NCBI GenBank assembly: GCA_902521655.1 | Contig: CABYSM010000002.1 | Span: forward strand, 3,575 to 67,574 | Reading direction: 5' to 3' | DNA from: an uncultured Pelagibacteraceae bacterium | Lineage (GTDB): Bacteria; Pseudomonadota; Alphaproteobacteria; Pelagibacterales; AG-422-B15 | DNA length: 64,000 nt | Part shown: one piece after another, positions 38,414-47,730 of the stretch | Numbering within the stretch: position 1 is the first letter of the stretch | Layout: each line of letters opens with the position of its first letter | Notes under the pieces: generated by a model | Seen by the model: only the letters and a program-made list of their open reading frames with translations | What the model was told of the DNA's origin: nothing | The model's database searches: none | Translations under genes and position numbers: made by a program

Positions 38414-39274
38414 ATGAATTATCATTTTAAAAAAATCTTTTTATTATCAATTCTATCTTTTTTTGCATCTATTACACTTTCAGCTGCAGATAGTCATGTT
38501 ACAGAATGCACTATAACTGGTGGTATTTTTGATAAAACGCAACCAATTGATAATGGCTATTGTGCGAGTGCGCCAAATACTTATGAAGTTATTGCTTATG
38601 AGATGTATCTTTGTACGGCAGAGCCTTCAGCCCCTACAACTTCATCTGTAATGGGACTAGGCAATTGCTTCAAAAATTGGGAGTCCCCATCAGGTGCTAG
38701 ATTATCTGTTGAACAAAATAAGACAATAGATGTTCCAGGTATCATGTCGAGACCTCCAAATGGAACATATACTCATGGTGTAATGACTATTGATAATACT
38801 TTCGGTATTACAATGGCAATGCAGTTTGATGAGGCTGTAACTGGACAAGATGGTACATCAGGTATTTATTGTGCCTCTGTTGCCGGTAGTGGAAATTATG
38901 GTTCATCAAATACTAGACCTTCTGCCAGCTCTACATGTGGATCATCAGCAATAACTCCAGGAAAATTTGTAGAAACTCTGACAAGTTTCGATGATACCTT
39001 CAATCCAAATGTAACTGCTACTAATTTAAACGGAACCTCTGCTTCAATAACCGGTTTCTTAATTGATACAAATGGTTACTTAGCTGAAAATGACGCTGAT
39101 GTTGATAAGCTAACGGGTTCCTTATCTTTCTCAACTCCTGTTAATTTTACAGACTCTACAACTACTCTAATGATGTCGTTTAATGTCGGTGAAGGCATGT
39201 CTTTATATAATGATGGATCAAACCAATTAACTTTTGGAAGCGGGCCGTTTCAGGCAATAATTTCTACTGATTAG
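38414..39274 (+). CDS. secreted hypothetical protein, Ser/Thr/Gly-rich, 6 Cys
   Basis: Sec signal peptide (MNYHFKKIFLLSILSFFASITLSA), beta-strand-like alternation; 3 nt after the barrel gene. Confidence 0.75.
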   Translation: MNYHFKKIFLLSILSFFASITLSAADSHVTECTITGGIFDKTQPIDNGYCASAPNTYEVIAYEMYLCTAEPSAPTTSSVMGLGNCFKNWESPSGARLSVEQNKTIDVPGIMSRPPNGTYTHGVMTIDNTFGITMAMQFDEAVTGQDGTSGIYCASVAGSGNYGSSNTRPSASSTCGSSAITPGKFVETLTSFDDTFNPNVTATNLNGTSASITGFLIDTNGYLAENDADVDKLTGSLSFSTPVNFTDSTTTLMMSFNVGEGMSLYNDGSNQLTFGSGPFQAIISTD

Positions 39275-39276
39275 TT

Positions 39277-40044
39277 TTAAAACTTAAATTGTTCATTTAG
39301 AATTCTTTCATCAAATGAATGATCTTGATCAAAAAGTAACTCGACCACTTTATCTATACTTTGATGAACATCGACAGATTTGATATCTCGAAATTCAGTA
39401 CTATCTGCAACAGCACTAACTGGTCTTTTTTTACTTTCAATAATTTCAAATTTTACATTTGATTCATTGTTTAATATTGCACCTTTCCATCTTCTAGGGC
39501 GAAAAGCGCTGATAGGGGTTAATGCGAGAACATCTGCATTAATTGGAAGTATAGGCCCATGCGCAGATAAATTGTAAGCTGTGCTTCCAGATGGAGTAGA
39601 AATTAACACACCGTCACAAATTAGTTCATCTAACCTTACTTTACCATCAACTGAAATTTTTATTTTGGATGCTTGGTGTGTTTCTCTAAGTAATGAAACT
39701 TCATTAATAGCGATTGCTTCATGAATTGAGTCATCAACACCAATAGCTTTCATTATCAAGGGAGATATTTTAATTGATTGAGATTGATTAATTCTATTTA
39801 ACAAATCGTTTTGATTTGAGGAGTTCATCAAAAATCCAATACTTCCGTAATTTAAACCAAAGAGAGGAAGGTCTTGAGACATGTGACTTTTTATGGCTTC
39901 AAGCATAAATCCATCACCGCCTAATACAACGATAACATCTGCATTATCTAATGAGTTTGTACCGTACTGTGCTTCTAAAACCTTTTTTTGTTCAATAGCT
40001 TCATTATTACTCGACGCCAAAAAAACTGGTTTATTCAAATTCAT
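39277..40044 (-). CDS. nadK: NAD kinase
   Basis: LGGDGFML, GSIGFLMN, AINE, DGVLISTPSGSTAYNLSA.GP. Confidence 0.94.
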   Translation of the reverse strand: MNLNKPVFLASSNNEAIEQKKVLEAQYGTNSLDNADVIVVLGGDGFMLEAIKSHMSQDLPLFGLNYGSIGFLMNSSNQNDLLNRINQSQSIKISPLIMKAIGVDDSIHEAIAINEVSLLRETHQASKIKISVDGKVRLDELICDGVLISTPSGSTAYNLSAHGPILPINADVLALTPISAFRPRRWKGAILNNESNVKFEIIESKKRPVSAVADSTEFRDIKSVDVHQSIDKVVELLFDQDHSFDERILNEQFKF

Positions 40045-40123
40045 ATTAATTTGCCTACTAAAAAGTAATTCTTTATCTTAAAATACCTATTAATTGAACA
40101 TCAAAATTAATTAATAAATACAT

Positions 40124-41617
40124 ATGTCATTAAGTGGTTATATTCTCTCAATAGATCAAGGGACAACTAGTTCAAGAGCCTTAATTTTGAATGAATTAGG
40201 CCAAATACTTGCTCAAAAAAATATTGAGTTTAAGCAATATTATCCTGAAAACGGATGGGTTGAGCATGATCCAGTTGAAATATTAAAAACAACAACAGAC
40301 GCAATTAAGCAAGTTTTAGCAGAGCTTAAAATAAATGCACAAGATGTTGTCGTAGCAGGCATAACCAACCAAAGGGAAACAATTGTCGCTTGGGATAAAT
40401 TGACTGGCAAACCAATTTACAATGCCATTGTTTGGCAGGATAGACGGACAGAAAATTATTGTAATGAACTAAAAGAAAAAAATTACATAGACACCATAAA
40501 ATCAAAAACGGGATTAGTCATTGATCCATATTTTTCTGCTACAAAAATTAAGTGGATTATAGAAAATATTGAGGAAGCAAAAGAATGTCTCAACAAAGGG
40601 GACTTATTAGTTGGAACAATCGATACATGGTTGATATGGAATTTTACAAAAGGATCAGAACATTCTACCGATGTAACAAATGCATCCAGAACAATGCTTT
40701 ACAATATTGCTGATGATCAATGGGATGAAGAGTTATTGGATATATTTGTATTGCCAAAGAGCATGCTTCCTAATGTTAAAAACTCAGTTGATGATTTTGG
40801 TAAAATTGCACCTGACTTTTTTGGAAATGAAATTCAAATTGGTGGAGTTGCTGGAGATCAGCAGGCAGCTTCTGTTGGTCAATCTTGCTTTAAAGAAGGT
40901 ATGGTAAAATCAACTTACGGCACAGGCTGTTTTTTACTTATGAATACAGGGGATAATATTTTAAATTCTAAGTCAAACCTTCTTTCTACAGTAGCATATA
41001 ATATTAAGGGAAAAAAAAGTTACGCAATTGAAGGCAGTATATTTAATGCTGGAACAGTTGTGCAATGGATGCGTGATGAATTAGAATTTTTTAATAACGT
41101 TTCAGAGGTTGAGAGCTTAGCCAGTAAAAGCTCTAATGAGATACATTTTGTACCAGCATTTACTGGACTAGGAGCTCCTTATTGGAGATCAGATATCCGA
41201 GGTCAAATTTCTGGTATTACGAGGAATACCTCAAAAGCTGATATTGCTATGGCGGCTCTTAAATCTGTTTGTTTTCAAACTAGAGATTTATTTGAGTGTC
41301 TTTTAAATGACTCAAATCTTACAAGAGAGAAGTTTATAATTCGTGTTGATGGTGGAATGACAAGCAATAATATGATGATGCAATTTTTGTCTGATATTCT
41401 GCAGGTAAAAATAGAAAGACCGGTGAACCAAGAATCTACAGCAATTGGAGTGGCGTACTTAGCAGGCATTTATGCTGGCATATACAAAGATGTTGCAGAC
41501 GTAGAAAAATTGTGGAAAACTGATCAGATATTTGAGCCGAAAATTTCAATTGATCAAGCTGAACAATTCTATGACGGCTGGAAGAAAACAATAGAAAGAT
41601 TAATAAGCGATGGTTGA
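40124..41617 (+). CDS. glpK: glycerol kinase
   Basis: DQGTTSSR, GITNQRET, WQDRR, DPYFSATK, TDVTNASRT, GDQQA, TYGTGCF, PAFTGLGAPYW. Confidence 0.94.
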   Translation: MSLSGYILSIDQGTTSSRALILNELGQILAQKNIEFKQYYPENGWVEHDPVEILKTTTDAIKQVLAELKINAQDVVVAGITNQRETIVAWDKLTGKPIYNAIVWQDRRTENYCNELKEKNYIDTIKSKTGLVIDPYFSATKIKWIIENIEEAKECLNKGDLLVGTIDTWLIWNFTKGSEHSTDVTNASRTMLYNIADDQWDEELLDIFVLPKSMLPNVKNSVDDFGKIAPDFFGNEIQIGGVAGDQQAASVGQSCFKEGMVKSTYGTGCFLLMNTGDNILNSKSNLLSTVAYNIKGKKSYAIEGSIFNAGTVVQWMRDELEFFNNVSEVESLASKSSNEIHFVPAFTGLGAPYWRSDIRGQISGITRNTSKADIAMAALKSVCFQTRDLFECLLNDSNLTREKFIIRVDGGMTSNNMMMQFLSDILQVKIERPVNQESTAIGVAYLAGIYAGIYKDVADVEKLWKTDQIFEPKISIDQAEQFYDGWKKTIERLISDG

Positions 41618-42359
41618 TGTAAAAAATTCAGTTTCAAAGGAAGAATGGGATGTAAGAGTAGATCTAGCAGCCTTTTATAGAACAATACCTTACTTTGGTT
41701 GGGATGATTTAATTTTTACTCATATATCTGCAAGAGTACCTGGTACTGAAGATCATTTTTTAATAAACCCATATGGGTTTTTGTTTGACGAAATAACAGC
41801 TTCAAATCTAGTAAAAGTTGATATTAATGGCAAAATTATCAGTGAGACTAACAATCCCATTAATCCCGCTGGATTTATTATTCATAGTGCAATTCACGAA
41901 GCAAGAAGCGATGCCCATTGTATTGTTCATTTACATTCAGATGATGGTGTTGCGGTTGCTTCATTAAAAGATGGTCTATTACCCTTGGCGCAAACTGGAA
42001 TGCTTGTTCGCAATCAAATCGCTTATCATGATTATGAAGGTGTCGCTCTCCTTGAAGATGAAAAAAAACGACTTGTTGCTGATTTAGGCGACAAAAATTT
42101 AATGATTTTACGTAACCACGGTACTTTAGCTGCAGGTAAAAATGTTGCCGATGCATTTACTTATATCTACTTTTTAGAAAGAGCGTGTACTTACCAAGTT
42201 CGTGCAATGGCTGGTAAATTAGAATTAAATAACCCATCACCAGAGGCAATCGAAACTACCAGACAGCAAGGCGAAGCTACTCAGGGCATGGCCGGAGCAC
42301 TTTTATGGCCTGCAGTCAGAAGAAAGATGGAAAAATTAGATCCATCGTTTATGAATTAA
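41610..42359 (+). CDS. class II aldolase / adducin family protein
   Basis: THISARVP, FLINPYG, GFIIHSAIH, HLH, LRNHG. Confidence 0.9.
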   Translation: MVDVKNSVSKEEWDVRVDLAAFYRTIPYFGWDDLIFTHISARVPGTEDHFLINPYGFLFDEITASNLVKVDINGKIISETNNPINPAGFIIHSAIHEARSDAHCIVHLHSDDGVAVASLKDGLLPLAQTGMLVRNQIAYHDYEGVALLEDEKKRLVADLGDKNLMILRNHGTLAAGKNVADAFTYIYFLERACTYQVRAMAGKLELNNPSPEAIETTRQQGEATQGMAGALLWPAVRRKMEKLDPSFMN

Positions 42360-42450
42360 AAATCGATAATAATTGACGTCCTATCCATTTACAGACATAG
42401 TCTCATTCGGAAAAATCGAATATTTAATACAAGTACAATAGGAGTAATTA

Positions 42451-43650
42451 ATGAAAATATTATGCATTTTATATGACGACCCAAAAGGTGGAATGCCATC
42501 AAAGTATGCTTTGGATGATCTTCCTAAATTAGATAAATATCCTGATGGCATGACTCTTCCATCACCTAAAGCAATCGATTTCACACCTGGTGAATTATTA
42601 GGATGCGTTTCAGGTGAACTTGGTCTAAGAAAGTTTTTAGAGGATGCTGGTCACACACTTGTTGTAACATCTGATAAAGATGGAGACGGTTGTAAAGCTG
42701 ATAAGGAATTAGTTGATGCAGATGTGGTGATATCTCAACCGTTTTTTCCATACTATCTAACAAGGGAAAAGATGGAAACAGCTCCAAATCTTAAAATGGC
42801 GATAACCGCAGGAATTGGATCAGATCATGTTGATTTACAAGCAGCGATGGATCGTAAGGTAGATGTTGTAGAGGTGACTTTTTGTAACTCTAGATCTGTA
42901 GCTGAGCATATTGTTATGATGGTTTTATCTTTAGTCAGAGATTATCATAATCAACATAGAATTATTAATGAAGGTGGATGGAACATTGCTGATGCTGTTC
43001 AGCGCTCTTATGACCTTGAGGGTATGCACGTTGGAACTGTGGCAGCTGGCCGTATCGGTTTAGATGCTCTGAGAAAATTAAAACATTTTGATGTTCATAT
43101 GCATTACTTTGATAGACATAAACTTCCTGATGAGGTTGAGAAAGAATTAAATCTTACTTTTCACGAGTCAGTCGAGTCTATGGTTAAGGTTTGTGATGTA
43201 GTTACAATCAATTGTCCATTACATCCAGAAACCGAGCATATGTTTAACGATGAATTAATAGGCAAGATGAAAAGAGGAGCATACATTGTAAATACAGCTA
43301 GAGGTAAAATTTGTGATAAAGATGCAATTGCTCGTGCACTTGAATCTGGTCAGCTCAGTGGTTATGCAGGAGATGTATGGTTTCCTCAACCAGCACCAAA
43401 TGATCATGTATGGAGAACAATGCCTCATCATGGGATGACTCCACATACCTCAGGAACGTCATTATCTGCACAAGCAAGATATGCTGCAGGTGTAAGAGAA
43501 ATCCTTGAGTGTTTCTTTGACGGATCACCGATAAGAGATCCATATCTTATTGTTCAAAATGGCGAACTAGCTGGTATGGGGGCTCACTCCTACAGTAAAG
43601 GCACTGCAACAGGTGGCTCTGAAGAAGCGGCTAAGTACCAAAAAAAATAA
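42451..43650 (+). CDS. fdh: NAD-dependent (metal-independent) formate dehydrogenase
   Basis: PGELLGCVSGELGLR, ISQPF.P.Y, GIGSDH, AAGRIG, DRH, NTARG, GDVWFPQPAP, HTSGTSL. Confidence 0.95.
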   Translation: MKILCILYDDPKGGMPSKYALDDLPKLDKYPDGMTLPSPKAIDFTPGELLGCVSGELGLRKFLEDAGHTLVVTSDKDGDGCKADKELVDADVVISQPFFPYYLTREKMETAPNLKMAITAGIGSDHVDLQAAMDRKVDVVEVTFCNSRSVAEHIVMMVLSLVRDYHNQHRIINEGGWNIADAVQRSYDLEGMHVGTVAAGRIGLDALRKLKHFDVHMHYFDRHKLPDEVEKELNLTFHESVESMVKVCDVVTINCPLHPETEHMFNDELIGKMKRGAYIVNTARGKICDKDAIARALESGQLSGYAGDVWFPQPAPNDHVWRTMPHHGMTPHTSGTSLSAQARYAAGVREILECFFDGSPIRDPYLIVQNGELAGMGAHSYSKGTATGGSEEAAKYQKK

Positions 43651-43660
43651 TTATTTTTTC

Positions 43661-43688
43661 TATAGGACGGAAGAAATTCCGTCCTATA
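43661..43688 (+). terminator. strong hairpin after fdh (terminator or stabilising element)
   Basis: tataggacggaa-GAAA-ttccgtcctata perfect 12-bp stem; no U-tract on the + strand. Confidence 0.55.
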
Positions 43689-43692
43689 TAAT

Positions 43693-44319
43693 ATGAATAT
43701 GAGTACTGTATTCAAAAATTATTTTTCTCATTCAACCGTTGTAGGCTTTATTCTGATGGCTGTATTAGGAGTATTTTATATATTTAATACAGGTCTTATA
43801 AATGACTATCTAATCTGGATATTTATTCCAATCCTTCTTGCTCCATTTTATGAATGGTATGTTCACAAATATCAGTTACACGTTGAACTTACAAAGAAAG
43901 ATGGTTGGTATAGAAGATACCAAATAGTTCTTCATCATGGACATCATCGCGATCCTGATAATATAAAACTCCAGTTCGCACCTTGGAGATATTTAATCTA
44001 TACATATGGTCAGGTTTATTTTTTTTATTCATTAATTTTTTGGAGTTTTGGTGCTGCTATTGTCCCATTTACCGGACATCTGATTTACCATCTTTGGTAC
44101 GAATGGATTCACTTAGCACACCATTCAAAAAACTATAAACCTCTAACTAAAGTCGGTAAAAGTCTTCGTGACGCGCATATGAGCCACCACTTTCATAATG
44201 AAAATTATAATTGGGGCATTACTAACATGATTGGTGATTATTTTTTTAAAACCCTGAAAGATAACAAATCTATTACTAAAAGTCCTACGACTAAGTCAAT
44301 TAACGGTTATACAGACTAA
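43693..44319 (+). CDS. sterol desaturase / fatty acid hydroxylase superfamily protein
   Basis: Four His boxes (HKYQLH, HHGHH, HLAHH, HMSHH) with TM segments and N(W/Y)G..N..D. Confidence 0.85.
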   Translation: MNMSTVFKNYFSHSTVVGFILMAVLGVFYIFNTGLINDYLIWIFIPILLAPFYEWYVHKYQLHVELTKKDGWYRRYQIVLHHGHHRDPDNIKLQFAPWRYLIYTYGQVYFFYSLIFWSFGAAIVPFTGHLIYHLWYEWIHLAHHSKNYKPLTKVGKSLRDAHMSHHFHNENYNWGITNMIGDYFFKTLKDNKSITKSPTTKSINGYTD

Positions 44320-44331
44320 ATAAATTTTAAA

Positions 44332-44407
44332 TGGTGCCCCCACACGGACTTGAACCGCGAACCTATTGATTACAAATCAATTGCTCTACCAATTGAGCTA
44401 TAGGGGC
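44332..44407 (-). tRNA. tRNA-Thr(TGT)
   Basis: Reverse complement gcccctatagctcaattggtagagcaattgattTGTaatcaataggttcgcggttcaagtccgtgtgggggcacca. Confidence 0.96.
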
Positions 44408-44478
44408 GCATTAATGTATGAATCTTTTTAAAATTATAAGCTTTATTTGTCTATATTTATTTATATTATGAAGGTTAC

Positions 44479-44577
44479 ATGAAAAAATTTTTAGAGTTTA
44501 TTGGTGGCCAGATAGCCCTTGCTTATCTAGTGGTATTTTTCATTCTTGTGTTAGCGATGATTTCACTAGCACTTTAG
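44479..44577 (+). CDS. putative 32-aa single-pass membrane microprotein
   Basis: MKKFLEFIGGQIALAYLVVFFILVLAMISLAL*, preceded by gaagg; below the ORF-track cutoff. Confidence 0.5.
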   Translation: MKKFLEFIGGQIALAYLVVFFILVLAMISLAL

Positions 44578-45339
44578 GATTGAGTTAGAAATATCGTGAA
44601 ATGCGATTGCCGCAGTATTGGATACATTTAAACTTTCTAATTCATCATTTATGCCAATTTTGATTATTTCATCGCATAGAGAATTTGTTATCCTTCTTAG
44701 ACCTTTATTTTCTGAACCTAAAATAATGACTACTTTTTTTGGAAAATTTATTTCTTTAAGAGATTTTTCAGCATCCATTTCTAAGCCATAAATCCAATAA
44801 CCAGTTTCTTTTAATTTTTTTATACAAGAACTTATATTTTTAATTTTTGTAAAAGGAACTTTATCAACTCCACTAGATGCAGCTTTCGTGAGAAATGAAT
44901 TCTCATTTACAGAATTATCTTGAGTGAGTATTATGCCGTCAAGTTTAAATGCTAAGGCAGAGCGAAAAATTGCTCCAACATTTTGCGAATCTTCTAATTG
45001 ATCAAGTAAGGCGATGATTGAATATTCCTTATGACAGTAGTTTAGAAATTCCTTAAGCTCAGGCATCTTAAGCTTTTCTACTTTAAGGCAAATTCCTTGA
45101 TGGTTTGAAACGCCTCCCAATAGACTTTCAATCTCTACTCTAGTTTTCTTCCTTTTTGCAAATTTGAGTTTTTTTATGTCTACTTCTTGAATGAGCTTTT
45201 TTTCAGCTTCAATTGTAAAGTTTATCTCATATTTTACTCTATTATTATTGTTTAGAGCCCCAACAACTGCATGATGTCCATAAATCCAGTAGTCTGAATT
45301 TTGCCTTTTTTTAGGGAATTTTTTAAATCTATTCTTCAT
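44566..45339 (-). CDS. rlmB: 23S rRNA (G2251-2'-O)-methyltransferase
   Basis: IYGHHAV, NHQGI, LDQLEDSQNVGAIFRSA, LGSENKGLR, ESLNVSN; divergent from tRNA-Tyr. Confidence 0.88.
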   Translation of the reverse strand: MKNRFKKFPKKRQNSDYWIYGHHAVVGALNNNNRVKYEINFTIEAEKKLIQEVDIKKLKFAKRKKTRVEIESLLGGVSNHQGICLKVEKLKMPELKEFLNYCHKEYSIIALLDQLEDSQNVGAIFRSALAFKLDGIILTQDNSVNENSFLTKAASSGVDKVPFTKIKNISSCIKKLKETGYWIYGLEMDAEKSLKEINFPKKVVIILGSENKGLRRITNSLCDEIIKIGINDELESLNVSNTAAIAFHDISNSILKC

Positions 45340-45491
45340 GTATTTAAGAATTTAGCATTTTTAATTTATTTAGGTTCAAAAATATTAATATTTATTGATT
45401 TAGGGTCTTTTTTTACATATAAGTCACCCCTTAAGGTTCAATAGACTATGTCTAGGGAAACTTATCTTGAGATGTTGATAAAACTTTCTCG

Positions 45492-45576
45492 GGAGGGGTG
45501 CCCGAGTGGTTAAAGGGGACGGGCTGTAAACCCGTTAGCTATGCTTACGTTGGTTCGAATCCAACCCCCTCCACCA
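45492..45576 (+). tRNA. tRNA-Tyr(GTA)
   Basis: GGAGGGG/CCCCTCC acceptor, acggg-ctGTAaa-cccgt, long variable arm, CCA. Confidence 0.96.
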
Positions 45577-45610
45577 CGAAAAGGTACCTTATGGTAGCTT
45601 GAAGGAACAA

Positions 45611-45684
45611 GCGGGTGTAGCTTAGTGGTAAAGCTCCAGCCTTCCAAGCTGATTACGAGGGTTCGATTCCCTTCACCCGCTCCA
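45611..45684 (+). tRNA. tRNA-Gly(TCC)
   Basis: GCGGGTG/CACCCGC acceptor, cagc-ctTCCaa-gctg, GTTCGAT, CCA. Confidence 0.96.
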
Positions 45685-45720
45685 AAATTAAAGTTGTTTA
45701 AAAACTGAGAGGACAAAAAA

Positions 45721-46911
45721 ATGGCTAAAGAAAAATTCGATCGTAGTAAACCGCATTGTAATGTTGGAACTATTGGTCACGTGGATCATGGTAAAACTAC
45801 TTTGACCGCAGCAATTACAAAAGTATTATCTGAATCTGGTGGCGCAGAATTCACTGCATACGATGCAATAGATAAAGCACCAGAAGAAAAAGAGCGTGGG
45901 ATTACAATTTCTACAGCACACGTTGAATATACAACTGATGCAAGACACTATGCTCACGTAGATTGTCCAGGTCACGCTGACTACGTTAAGAACATGATAA
46001 CAGGAGCGGCTCAAATGGATGGAGCTATCTTAGTTGTTAATGCAGCTGACGGTCCTATGCCACAAACACGTGAACACATTTTATTAGCACGTCAAGTTGG
46101 TGTTCCAGCAATTGTTGTTTACCTAAACAAAGTTGATCAGGTTGATGATGCTGAATTGCTTGAACTTGTTGAAGTTGAAATAAGAGATATTCTTAATGAA
46201 TATGATTTTCCTGGTGATGCAACTCCCATTGTTAAAGGATCTGCATTAGCGGCAGTTGAGAGCAGAGATGATGAGATTGGTAAGAATTCTATTGCAGAAT
46301 TAATGAAAGCTGTTGATGAATTTATCCCACAACCAGAAAGAGATAAGGATAAGCCATTCCTTATGCCAATTGAGGACGTATTTTCAATTTCTGGAAGAGG
46401 AACAGTTTGTACCGGTAGAGTAGAAAGTGGAATTGTTAAAGTTGGAGAAGAACTTGAGATCGTTGGTATTAAAGATACTCAAAAAACCACTTGTACTGGA
46501 GTAGAGATGTTCAGAAAGCTTCTAGATACTGGAGAGGCTGGAGATAATATCGGTGCTCTTTTAAGAGGCGTTGAGAGAGACCAAGTTGAGAGAGGCCAAG
46601 TGCTTGCTCATCCTGGAACTATCACTCCTCATACAAAGTTTAAATGTGAAGCTTATGTTCTTAAAAAAGAAGAGGGTGGACGACATACACCTTTCTTTAC
46701 AAACTACAGACCTCAGTTCTATTTCAGAACAACAGATGTAACTGGTGTTTGTCAGCTTCCTGAAGGTACTGAGATGGTTATGCCGGGAGATAATATTTCA
46801 ATGGAAGTTGAAATGATTGCTCCAATAGCAATGGATAAAGGGGTGCGCTTTGCGATAAGAGAAGGTGGTCGTACGGTTGGCTCTGGCGTTGTAACGGAAA
46901 TTATTTCATAA
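45721..46911 (+). CDS. tuf: elongation factor Tu
   Basis: [30 protein letters not shown]. Confidence 0.99.
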   Translation: MAKEKFDRSKPHCNVGTIGHVDHGKTTLTAAITKVLSESGGAEFTAYDAIDKAPEEKERGITISTAHVEYTTDARHYAHVDCPGHADYVKNMITGAAQMDGAILVVNAADGPMPQTREHILLARQVGVPAIVVYLNKVDQVDDAELLELVEVEIRDILNEYDFPGDATPIVKGSALAAVESRDDEIGKNSIAELMKAVDEFIPQPERDKDKPFLMPIEDVFSISGRGTVCTGRVESGIVKVGEELEIVGIKDTQKTTCTGVEMFRKLLDTGEAGDNIGALLRGVERDQVERGQVLAHPGTITPHTKFKCEAYVLKKEEGGRHTPFFTNYRPQFYFRTTDVTGVCQLPEGTEMVMPGDNISMEVEMIAPIAMDKGVRFAIREGGRTVGSGVVTEIIS

Positions 46912-46915
46912 CTGG

Positions 46916-46991
46916 AGGAGTGTAGCTCAACTGGTAGAGCACCGGTCTCCAAAACCGGGGGTTGGGGGTTCGAGTCCCTTCGCTCCTGCCA
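46916..46991 (+). tRNA. tRNA-Trp(CCA)
   Basis: AGGAGTG/CGCTCCT acceptor, ccggt-ctCCAaa-accgg, GTTCGAG, CCA. Confidence 0.96.
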
Positions 46992-47006
46992 TTTAAGAAA
47001 AGAATT

Positions 47007-47195
47007 ATGAAACCTTTGAAGTTTATACAGGAAGTGAGAAGAGAAGGAGGTAAAGTAACATGGCCTTCTTCAAGGGAAACTCTTACGGGATCAGTGATGG
47101 TCGTCATTATTACTGCTTTTGCTGCAGTATTTTTCTTGATAATAGACCAAATTTTTAGCTTCGGACTCGATAGACTGATAGGACTGGCTGTTTAA
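47007..47195 (+). CDS. secE: preprotein translocase subunit SecE
   Basis: FIQEVRREGGKVTWPSSRE plus one TM; ATG at 47007 (track start lies inside tRNA-Trp). Confidence 0.93.
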   Translation: MKPLKFIQEVRREGGKVTWPSSRETLTGSVMVVIITAFAAVFFLIIDQIFSFGLDRLIGLAV

Positions 47196-47729
47196 ATGAC
47201 TCACAGATGGTATATTGTGCACGCTTATTCTGGTTTTGAAAAAAAAGTCGCAGCAGCTATTTTAGATAAAGCTAAAACTAAAAATATAGAAGCAGCATTT
47301 AGTGAGATCATTGTTCCCACTGAAGAGGTTGTAGAAGTCAAAAAAGGCAAGAAGAGAAATGCTGAAAGAAAGTTTTTCCCTGGTTATGTATTAACCAAGA
47401 TGGAAATGACTGATGAAACATACCATATGGTCAAGGAACTACCAAAGGTCAGTGGTTTTTTAGGCCATACACAAGGTAAGCCCTCGGCGGTGCCTGAAAG
47501 TGAGATAAATAAGATTTTACAAGACATAGAAGAAGGTGTAACTAGTCCAAAACCTTCTATTACATTTGAAGTGGGCGAGCAAGTCAGAGTAAGCGATGGA
47601 CCTTTTGCCTCATTTAATGGATTAATAGAGGAAATTGATGAAGAAAGATCTAGGGTTAAAGTTTCTGTTTCAATATTTGGACGATCTACACCAGTAGAGC
47701 TTGAATACACACAGGTAGAAAAGGCATAA
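47196..47729 (+). CDS. nusG: transcription termination/antitermination factor NusG
   Basis: [19 protein letters not shown] motif [18 protein letters not shown]. Confidence 0.98.
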   Translation: MTHRWYIVHAYSGFEKKVAAAILDKAKTKNIEAAFSEIIVPTEEVVEVKKGKKRNAERKFFPGYVLTKMEMTDETYHMVKELPKVSGFLGHTQGKPSAVPESEINKILQDIEEGVTSPKPSITFEVGEQVRVSDGPFASFNGLIEEIDEERSRVKVSVSIFGRSTPVELEYTQVEKA

Positions 47730-47730
47730 A

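Noticed and set aside
37440-39300. Prophage or integrative element at tRNA-Leu
   Set aside because: No integrase, phage genes or duplicated tRNA 3' end (attR) found by eye.
42451-43650. Selenocysteine recoding in formate dehydrogenase
   Set aside because: This is the metal-independent NAD-FDH family and the ORF has no in-frame TGA.
45577-45610. aaggtacctt palindrome in the tRNA-Tyr/Gly spacer
   Set aside because: Short, single occurrence; compatible with chance or ordinary spacer structure.
45510-45716. 68-aa minus-strand ORF in the track
   Set aside because: Antisense to tRNA-Tyr and tRNA-Gly; a typical tRNA shadow ORF.
46752-47107. Minus-strand ORFs 46752-46952 and 46901-47107, and the extended secE start at 46962
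   Set aside because: They overlap tuf, tRNA-Trp and secE; the tRNA explains the sequence and secE starts at 47007.
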